DNA from: Phoronis australis | Taxonomy: Eukaryota; Animalia; Phoronida | Direction: 5' to 3' | DNA length: 64,000 nt | NCBI GenBank assembly: GCA_002633005.1 | Contig: NMRA01000481.1 | Coordinates: forward strand, 62,001-126,000 | Shown here: positions 1 to 9,125 of the stretch, in pieces | Position numbering within the stretch: position 1 is the first letter of the stretch | Layout of the letters: each line of letters opens with the position of its first letter | Notes under the pieces: generated by a model | The model's input: only the letters and a program-made list of their open reading frames with translations | Databases searched by the model: none | Told to the model about the DNA's origin: nothing | Made by a program: the position numbers and the translations under genes

Positions 1-343
1 CAAATGTTGCATGAAACAAAAACAAAATAATAATTTTGAAACCTGTAACAGCATTTTTCAGATTTCATCTTGAACATTTATATCAAATAAAATTTGGTGA
101 TATCGATGTTTTTGCTATAAACGTGCCTTTCTTTTTTGTTAAATTGTATCATGTGACCCAATTAATGGCAAATTGGTAAAAATAAAGTAAAAAATCAAAT
201 TCTTCAGACTTTCTACTTTCAGAGAATTAAAATCTACAGTGTTGGCTAACTACACCCATCTAGTCAATAAGGTCTACATAACTTTAAATCTCACTCAACT
301 TGTATGTCTGAGTGCCGTAATAGTGATTTGCTTGTGTTTTTAG

Positions 344-473
344 GATCACGCAGAAGATCCAGAAAAAGCTTTCGGGAAATCGCGGTGAAGGTGCCGAAGA
401 GTTCCCCATTCTGCCCGGATCTCATCTTCAGCTTACCAATCCCGCACTAGAGTTCGTCAAAGCTGTCTGCAAG
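344..473 (+). CDS. POLE: POLE exon (ITQKIQKK...[10 protein letters not shown])
   Basis: tttttag acceptor, AAG|gtaaaa donor, homology to POLE. Confidence 0.93.
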
Positions 474-3400
474 GTAAAATTGTTTAGATCAATGGACCTT
501 GATGGATTTTTATCACTGTTCACTATAGATGATAGTGGCAAAACATGACTGCAACGCTTAGACCAAGACATGTCATATGTTGATTAGAAATCTTTGCTTA
601 TGGAGTGCAATCGGTGAATTCTGTCCAGTAATTCATGACTTCGATGTGACTGTTTATTAGCTCAACTTTACTGACCAATCACTTCAGTGGCTGCCATTTT
701 TCTAGTTCACTCTTGTAAGGTCTCTGTCAAGGCTTGCAATTTTCTGCGGAAACGCGGATTTCCGCTTTTTTCGAATGTTCTGTCCGCGTATTTTATAATA
801 TTTCCGCGTAAAAAAAAAATCAGATTTGATATAAAATCTCCGCGGCAAATTTCTTTCTTACCGCAGCATTGCTGACGACTTTCACCTTGAAAAGCGGAAG
901 TTGCTCTTTATGTTTCGGAGGAACGTATTGTCAGCATTGCCTGGGCATATGGGATAGCGTGGTGGATTCTTCAGTGGCGTCTCGTGCAGCCAAAAATGTG
1001 TGGAGGTGGGAGTGCGGAAGTGGACGAACGAGTTTAATAGACGCAGATGCACGCTTCTGGAGGTGGAACCCGTTTTTTTTTTTTAATCATGAATTTTGTC
1101 GGCAAAAGAAAAGGTCCACGTCACCTATTTCAAGGCTGGGTGCGTGCATGTTTTGAGCCGTAAAAATTTCTGCTTTTTTGTCATTGGTCATTCCAAGCCC
1201 TGCCCTGTTAAACTCGTAAAACAATTGCCTTTCAATTACGTCATGTTGCGAGATGTGGAACCTGGCTTTCATGAATGAGTGGCGTGACGTTTTAGATGAT
1301 TCATTTTTTTCCTATGTTTCACCTCTTTTCAAGTTATTTCAATGTTTCCTTAAGTTAGTCAATTTAGCATTTTCTCAATAATTACTTTACTCATTTTACT
1401 ACCACTAATTTAGTTAGTGTATGAAATCCGTCTGCATTTAATTAATGTAATACGTCTGTTTCCTTGACCTAGTTTGCTACGTCTGCTTATTTAATTGTAA
1501 TTTACTGCATTGCTATAGGTGCTGGAGCTGGACCTGAACATAAGCAATCAGATGAACAGGCTACGCAGGAATCTACTGAAATTGATCGGTGTTGGTGAAT
1601 TCTCTGACAACGCCATCTATAGGGATCCCTGTCTGTCCTACGTACTGCCGGAGGTTAGTCAAAGATGGAATCAATGGTTGATAGTTTATTTATGTAAAGT
1701 ACAGTAATTCAATCAATTTGGTTGCTTTGACAAAACACAAAATAAAATATGTATAGCGCGTTATAGCTCAATTGCGTGTTCTTTTGCAAATTGAGAGAAG
1801 GTAGAGTGGGAACTGGGATGTGCTGATTAGAGTTTATCCACTGGACACTAACCACTAGGCCACATTGGCAATGATTGTAAAAGTGAAGTGAAAGTGATTG
1901 TCTCATGTTTACAGGTCATCTGTAAGAACTGTAACCACATCCGCGACCTTGACCTCTGTCGTGACCCTTACACCTTACAAGACAGTAGTGGAAAGTAAGT
2001 CAAGGGAAGTCCCTGCTTGATAATAACTCAAAATGGAATTTGATGTGAACTAGACCCCGTGATGAAACCATCCTTGCGCACATAGTATCTGACCATCGGT
2101 CAGATGTGCAGACAATCTAGGGACCCAGTTGTCTGGTCATGTGGACTGGACGGCTGGTGCTGAGGGTCACTCATTTCACAATGAATGTAAACATGCTGGT
2201 AATTAAAGGTGAAGGCAACCTTTTCTCATGTCTTTTTAGCAAAAATAAGATTCGCTGGTTATATCAGACATATTTTCCACTTAATTACAGTTTTTCGTAA
2301 TTTAATTAATTATTCGTTCTCTACTCCAGAAGTTACGTTTTGGGAGGCAAGAATTTCGTGCCAATTTCTTTTCATATAGTCTGACTGTGAGAGTTGCTGA
2401 GTCAGTCATTGTTCTGTCTTGGTTGTGATAAGTTCGGTCGTCGTTTGCTTTTGTTTACCAGTCAGTCAACATGCCACACTGTTGCTGCTTACCGGGATGT
2501 GCTCATTATCGTCTCACGGACAGAGGAACTGTCCCACTTGCCCGCGACACACTCCCACTGGATTTTAACCTGAGCACACAAACTGCTTACACCCCGCCGT
2601 GTGACTCCCTCACCACACACCTGCCATCTTCTAAATAGCTCCAATACTTTAGACAAGTCCACAATAAGCTTTTCCAAGTTTGGCTCACGGATCTGTTCAT
2701 TGAACGACGAACTGTCCTCTTCACTGGGCCTGTATTCACTCCCGCTACTCAACATCGCAGCAGGGCTGCTTACAGGCTTTGGGCCATAATGAGTACATCC
2801 CGGTACGCAGCAACAGTGTGGCATGTTGACTAACTCGTAAACAAAAGCAATCGACGACCGAACTTATCACAACCGAGGTAGATCAATGACTGACTCGACA
2901 GCTCTCATAGTCAGACTATATGAAAAGAAATTGGCGCGAAATTCTTGCCTCCCAAAACGTCATTTCCGGAGTGGAGAACGAATAATTAATTAAATTACGA
3001 AAAGCTGTAATGAAGTGGAAAATTTGTTTGGAATAACCAACGAACCTTATTTTTTCTAAAAATGACATGAAAAAAGGTTGTCTTCGCCTTTAGGAAAATG
3101 ATACTCATGGACGAAAAAAATGAAGGCATGTTGTGTTCATTACAAATGGGTTGGGAAAAAAAAACTTTATTGGTTATTTAATGACCTGGGCCCGCCTCGA
3201 AATTATGTTTTTGAAATTTTATGTTCTCCTTTGTGTGAAGTCAAGATAAGTGTCGATTATTCTGTGCTGGGGTATGTTACAATGGTTTATGCATATCAGT
3301 TTCTAGTCCAAGTTTGCTCTTAACGACCTCGAGATCCGAGCTACAAACTCCAGTAAAAAGTCACGATTTAGAGTAAAACTTCGAATTCCCGGTTCACAAT

Positions 3401-4856
3401 TGAACTTTTTGTCTTAGTGCTGGGGTCATCGAGTGCAAACTAGGATTACACAGTAATCCACGTAAGCCATTATGTACTCGAGGGTAGAAGTTTGATTCTG
3501 AGTAAAAAGCTTACACCCTGGACCCAGGTGATTAAATGTTAGTTGTTGTGTATAAGTTTAGCGTAACCAACGGTTTCATTTCCAGCACGTTTTGGTGTTG
3601 TATGCAGTGTAAGACAGAATACGATCACGATGACATAGAACAGTCACTGGTGGACGCCGTCAAGAGAAAGTCAATGGCACATGTGCTGCAGGATCTCAAG
3701 TGTGTCAAGTGTCAAGGGGTGGGTCTTAAATATTATAATGAGATGGGATGGGCTTTAATATGTTGATGAGACTGATACATCTTAATATTATGATTACATG
3801 GGATAGGTCTTGTTGTTATGGTGACTGGAGGCGAGTTTGATTGCTGAAGGCATATTGTTTTCAGTAATTATATTTTACAGATAATTTATGATTTTAGTAG
3901 TCTACAGTGCATTACTAACTGATGAAATTACTTGCAATTCACACAGTCACGACGACTGATAGTAAATGGGCTTCTGTTGCGACAGCAGGCAAATTTACTG
4001 TCGGAGCAACTGGTATTATGGGTCATTGCCGATTATGACAGGGAAATCGAATTTCATTCAATCATTTTTGGCATGCATTTCTACAGTAGTAACAATAAAT
4101 AGCAATAACTTTATCGTATAAAGTGAAATATTATCACCACCCTCTTCCTGATAATTATGTTAATGTTACGATTTCGTTTAACAGATAAAGGAAGCCAACA
4201 TGACACGTTACTGTACTTGTGGGGGCAGCTTCGCTAACACCTTGTCAGCAGACGACTTCGCGCACAAAATGAAGACCTTCAAAAACATTGCTAGGTTTGT
4301 TATGTGTTTCAATGCAAAACATGCAGTCAGTGCTTGGAATTATTACAAATAAGTTGAAATAAACCATCTTTTGTTTGTTGAAGTTCATAAGTTTTGTAAA
4401 TGTTCAAGTGAATTTCTGAAATTCCACACAAGGAAAATTAGTGGAAATGTGTTAGAGCATCTCAATGAGAAAACAAAATACTAAATTGTTAAGTGTCATC
4501 GTCTGGCTGGAAACTCACTAGAGAAGGAAACTGTAATTAGAGGAAGAAACTTGAAATCTAAGCTCGAGGTGTGTCGATAGACTTTTTGGTAATTTCTGAT
4601 GTCGAGACGTCTTATGCGATCTGGTTGTAGCGACTTCACTTCATGTATTTTATAGTCTGCTTCATTTAGAACAAGAACTGTAGTCTATTTTGAAAACAGT
4701 AAATTTTTCCAACTATATAGCCATTTTAAATAATAAACTTTCCCATTGTTCAGTTTATTTCTAAAATTTTCCTCATTCCATTTCAGTCATTATTCAATGT
4801 CCTACCTGCAAGAGACTGTGGAGTGGATCATTCACATGAACCCCAACATTCAGTGA
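344..4856 (+). CDS. POLE: DNA polymerase epsilon catalytic subunit A, 3' part (6 coding exons: 344-473, 1519-1653, 1915-1994, 3586-3718, 4185-4294, 4787-4856); gene starts upstream of the window
   Basis: Spliced translation [35 protein letters not shown]|[25 protein letters not shown]|[37 protein letters not shown]|[38 protein letters not shown] follows the human POLE C-terminus as I recall it; all introns GT-AG and in phase; CysA (CKNC/CMQC) and CysB (CVKC/CTC) intact. Confidence 0.97.
728..1202. mobile_element. Non-autonomous hAT-like DNA transposon in a POLE intron
   Basis: TIRs CAAGGCTTGCAA / TTCCAAGCCCTG (2 mismatches); subterminal TCCGCG repeats; flanks CTCTGT / CCCTGT. Confidence 0.55.
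1519..1653 (+). CDS. POLE: POLE exon (VLELDLN...PCLSYVLPE)
   Basis: tatag acceptor, GAG|gttagt donor, phase 0/0. Confidence 0.95.
1915..1994 (+). CDS. POLE: POLE exon, first half of CysA zinc motif ([17 protein letters not shown])
   Basis: tttacag acceptor, AA|gtaagt donor. Confidence 0.95.
2207..3089. mobile_element. Kolobok-like internally deleted DNA transposon with ~303-bp TIRs and THAP/transposase remnants
   Basis: TIRs 2207-2509 and 2786-3089; TTAA|AGG...CCT|TTAG ends; both TIRs carry ATG for MPHCCC(V/L)PGC (THAP-like start); minus-strand ORF 2489-2824 has [15 protein letters not shown]-x-QVCG...[14 protein letters not shown]. Confidence 0.8.
3186..3528. mobile_element. Harbinger/PIF-like MITE, family copy 1
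   Basis: CTG-GGCCC...GGACC-CAG ends; internal similarity to 52581-52987 (opposite orientation) and 35110-35485. Confidence 0.6.
3586..3718 (+). CDS. POLE: POLE exon, end of CysA and start of CysB (WCCMQC...[11 protein letters not shown])
   Basis: tttccag acceptor, GGG|gtgggt donor. Confidence 0.94.
4185..4294 (+). CDS. POLE: POLE exon, end of CysB ([16 protein letters not shown]...FKNIA)
   Basis: taacag acceptor, AG|gtttgt donor. Confidence 0.94.
4787..4856 (+). CDS. POLE: POLE terminal coding exon ([22 protein letters not shown])
   Basis: tttcag acceptor, TGA at 4854-4856, matches POLE end HYGMSYLLETLEWLL. Confidence 0.95.
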
Positions 4857-5384
4857 CCCCTGTTGTGGGAGGTTACCAAAGAGCAATGACACGTCACTCT
4901 GAGAAAAAATGGCCACTAGGGGTGCTGCAGTGTTACTAACATCTAGACATGAGAATGCATGGTGTGAGTGGTGGTAGAGTGAAACCAAGAACTAGGTCAC
5001 TGTACAGAATCTGTATCAAAATCTTTTATGTAATTTATTATAGCGGAGACTTACGTAGTACCGAAAGTGGTGATTAGGCCGTTCACTGGATGAGACATGC
5101 AATTTGGAAGTTTTTTCGTCCAAAACTTCCAACGATGTCCACAAAAATATTACCGTGGTGAGAACAAATATGGCGTTTCCACAAACTGTGTTATCTATGT
5201 GGTTTTTGTGAGATTGGTAGTACGGTGTTTCGACTATTGATTTCTGTCAGGAAGCAAGAATATGAAGGTATTGCTTTGAACATAGTTTCGTAATCTTGGT
5301 GTAAATGAAAAAGTTGTGAAATTGTAAATACAGTCTCTTGTTAAGAAATCCTCGTTTTGAATTGAAAAAACGAAACAAATTGAC

Positions 5385-5390
5385 AATAAA
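5385..5390 (+). promoter_or_regulatory. Candidate POLE polyadenylation signal AATAAA
   Basis: First AATAAA I found after the POLE stop, about 530 nt downstream. Confidence 0.55.
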
Positions 5391-5399
5391 TAATCTCAC

Positions 5400-5405
5400 T
5401 TTATT
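5400..5405 (-). promoter_or_regulatory. Candidate PLCL polyadenylation signal (AATAAA on minus strand)
   Basis: TTTATT on plus strand; an alternative exists at 7343-7348. Confidence 0.35.
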
Positions 5406-5787
5406 CAAACATTAAGTAAGCATTTTAACAAATTTCAAATTCTTAACACTTGACACATAATGCTAAACGAAGACACAGTAACATTTACCTCGTTTTTCTC
5501 CTTCACCGCAACGTAGCTTGCAGCATTTACTAGCAAACTCATACTCCCACAATTTTTTGTTCACAAATAAAAATGAGGTAGTTTAACTAATAGTTTAAAA
5601 TCTCTGTAATGATGTGGATTTAGACCCACAAACTGAATACTTGGAAACCTTCAATTATCACTAAATGCAGGCTGGTTAGAAAACAATACTTCCACAACAG
5701 ACTATATTCGATACGTTCTGACCCAGGGTCACTTTAATTAAATCACTGTCCTGGCTCTCATTTCATAACCATGTCCAATCCATGTCC

Positions 5788-5951
5788 ATGACCAATCGCC
5801 AGGATTCTGAGTGACGGCTTAACTGACCAATCAGAACGCAGCAGTTGTGACACCTTTGTTTCCAAGCCGCCATTTTACCCGACAACACGTTGCCGGGTAA
5901 AACTTGTTTGTTGACATTTCGAAAGGGGGCGGAGCTTGGGATAAGTCAATT
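5788..5951. mobile_element. ~170-bp MITE-like repeat, copy 1
   Basis: Closely similar to 37603-37781; internal hairpin TTTTACCCGACAAC-acgt-TGCCGGGTAAAA. Confidence 0.7.
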
Positions 5952-6639
5952 GTGCAGTCATGAAGTTGATGCAATGGTTGTTTCCTTGTACAATTCACTA
6001 AACAATCGCAAGGACTGACAGAAACAGGACTTGCGTTTTCACAGAGAAATAGATGTCAGAAACGAGACGGAACCAAAATCGGTGATTTATATTTCTAGTA
6101 ATAACCCTTAACCACAGCGCAAAATGGTCCGCAATGTATCGTAAAATCTCACAAAATTAGGACAATATGGCAGATGAGTGAAATAGTATTTTCACGCATA
6201 ATATTAGCATATAATTAGCACCAGATGTATATGTATTGTCGGTTAAGTTCTATAGATGGGTACCATCAGACAATGTTTTCACAAGTTGTAAACATTCACA
6301 ACAATGTTAGAGCCCTTTGGAAAACAAAAAAGAACAATTTTGACAACTTTCTGTCTGAAATTGTTGAGATTGGGCCACATCATGCAAGACTAACGGCAGA
6401 CAATCCCATCACTGACTGATCACGTGACACCGACGGCACTTTTGTGGCAAAATGTTTTTTTCTTTAGATGAAGGCTGCCCCACTCGTATATTCATTCTTT
6501 TGTACCAGCTGCAGATAGTTTATACTGAAAAAAAGCTAATCTGCTGTCAGTGGTAGAATCGTGAAAAAGTAAGTTAAGATAGATGTACTCGCGACCAAAA
6601 TGAAAATTATTTGTGAGATATTGTGGACTTTCTACTTGC

Positions 6640-6830
6640 TTCGAGAGAGGAGTACGAAAGTCCATATAGATAGCCCGATAACGATCCAGCCTGTGAACAG
6701 AGATGGTGGGCGATACCAACATCCTCGGATTTACAACCACCAATTAAAAGCAATCAGACGACAACGCCGCACAGAGAGTGATCAAGACGGTGGGTTGTCG
6801 GTCGAAATATCTCAAATGCGTTTCATCTTA
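6640..6830 (+). mobile_element. Penelope-like retroelement 3' remnant (GIY-YIG C-terminus plus hammerhead-like motif)
   Basis: Translation ...QPVNRDGGRYQHPRIYNHQL resembles the LNRDGGRYxLPxIY end of Penelope-like endonucleases; followed by GTGATCA-A-GAC...GTC-GAAA-TA-TC. Confidence 0.6.
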
Positions 6831-8545
6831 GTCGTGAGTACAGTCTTAAATAACATGACTATAAGATATAGTCTAGTTCTTAAGTTATTTCTTACAAGGA
6901 AAGATAACAGCCAAAATACACATTTTTATGCTTTCCAAAATCTACCAACCACTGATTTATGACACGCAAAGAAGTTGTGGACATTCTATGCATCAAACAA
7001 ATCTTGAACAAAAAACAGTCTGGTTATAAAATTCAAAAAGTATTAAATAGAATTTGAACTGCGAATCTAAGTCATTTCAAGCTTCCATAGTATTCAAACA
7101 TTTCGTAAAATAACAGTCGGAGAAATCTGTCACAAAATACACAATGGCCTAGTTACTTCACAATTCTTTTTTTTTTAAACATTTTACTGTAAAAATATAT
7201 CATTTATATATCATTTAGTTGAGTTCTTCAACTATCAGCCTCTGTAATACACTGTCAATAAATAACCAATCATTTACATCAGATACAAGAAATCTCAGGT
7301 TAAACAGGATATAAGTGTTTGTAAACTACACGTAATCTGCGTTTTATTTCAACGTAACTTCGCAGCCTACATACAGTTACACAGTTGAACGATACACACT
7401 TTGTACGTTCACACGGCACAGTATGTACGTTCACATGACACAACATTGCACTTGCTTATCCACTATAAATTCTGGAGAATTGCAGCATTTTCGGTGCCAT
7501 TTTTACCAAATCTAACATTTACCTTTGAAATATTGTTAATGTCAATTACTGTTCTGGTCCTCATTAATTATGCCCATCCCAACAGCAAGATACAACAGTC
7601 GGTACCACCGACCAGTTCCTGCACACAAAATGACTGATTGAACTCAAGATGTAATCACAGTTTGCTCAGAGAAATAGACTGAAAAAAAGAAAAATAACAC
7701 AGAGCAAACATGTCACTAATGTTGGGAGCATAGCACCAAAGGACCAATAATTCACATTTAAAGATAACTCTGGTTTGTCTCATGAAAGTGACTTAAGATG
7801 GAAATTTGGTTTTACGCTCCTACTTCGCAATTTCTGAAAAAGGTTTAGCCAAGTAATCATGTGCACATCACAGTTTATAAATAATTTATAGAAATTATCT
7901 CAGTAACTAGCACTACATAAAATGCGTGTATTCTCAGAGACTGCACTTTTGTTCAAGTAAGGTTTGAAATTTTTCTCAAATAGTTGTGGCGAGCGCAAGA
8001 CCATACTTCTGACTTAAGTCTTGAGTCACGTTTCACCAAACAGACACCAGGTGATTTGTATTTTTAGCACATATAACACCTGAAACATTAACTATTAACA
8101 GATACTGTCACAGGACTAAAATCAGTCCAACAATACTGGAATACTGCAGTGACCTATATTGTGTGCGTATCTGCTGCAGCGTAAGAGTCGCTAACAACCC
8201 TTGACCTTGTACAAATACAACAAACACGGCACCCTAAATGCAACACATGTTTGTTGTGCAGTAGAATCTCTTTAAAGTTGAGCAGGTGCTCCAACAGATG
8301 GCGAGTATTTGAAACAGAAGAAAACACACTCATCTGTTCAGATGCATACCTAAGGTGTTCAACAAAACAGTAACCTAGTATTAATAATAGAGTTGGTGAA
8401 CAAACCAGTTTACTATAACTACTTATGTCCAAAAACGTCGCCAGCTTTGATTTGTTGCCATTGGTCAGTTAACAGTCAATTTTACACAACGATATCTTAA
8501 TAATGAGTATGTAGATATCAGACAGGTGTGGAAATATAGACTGCA

Positions 8546-8762
8546 AACATGTTTAGTCTGGTCAGCACGCCACCTGTTGGCCACATCACGTGACCCTATG
8601 GTTATAAGTCTGGAAAGATTTCTGCCCCAACGGGAACTCGAACCCGGGACCTTCAGCTAACCATGCAGACAGGCTAGTCTAATAAGCCGTCTTTCCAGAC
8701 TTATATCCATTAAATCACGTGATAAGGCCAACAGGTGGCATGCTGAGCAGACTAAACATGTT
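8546..8762. mobile_element. tRNA-like core (minus strand, 8619-8689) between 73-bp inverted arms
   Basis: Arms 8546-8618 and 8690-8762, 9 mismatches in 73; B box GGTTCGAGTTCC on minus strand. Confidence 0.8.
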
Positions 8763-8969
8763 AGCGACATGTTAATAACATTTCGGAATTCATAATCAGA
8801 ACTTGAGATCGACTTCTGAAATACCGAAGTGTCATTTCTCGGTTTTAATGTACACATCTACCACAAGAGGACGTTTTAATGGACACCAGGTGAAATTAAC
8901 ACAACAGAAATGTTTGCCAATGCCATCCATGTTGAATCTCCACAGCGCAAGACATACACATCGTCGGCA

Positions 8970-9125
8970 TCACGTGTCCCTGGGCTCTGAGCACGAGTCG
9001 CTATCTTCTTGAGACTGGCTCCCACCAGGTGTCACTGGTGGGCTCGTGCCGTTGACCCTTGCTGTCCGTAGGTCGGACAAGGAAGAACTGCCGATCAGAC
9101 CAAAACTGGTCACTGACTCGTGGAT
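8970..9125 (-). CDS. PLCL2: PLCL terminal coding exon ([10 protein letters not shown]...SEPRDT*)
   Basis: tttcag acceptor at 9126-9128, TGA at 8970-8972. Confidence 0.8.
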   Translation of the reverse strand: MHESVTSFGLIGSSSLSDLRTARVNGTSPPVTPGGSQSQEDSDSCSEPRDT

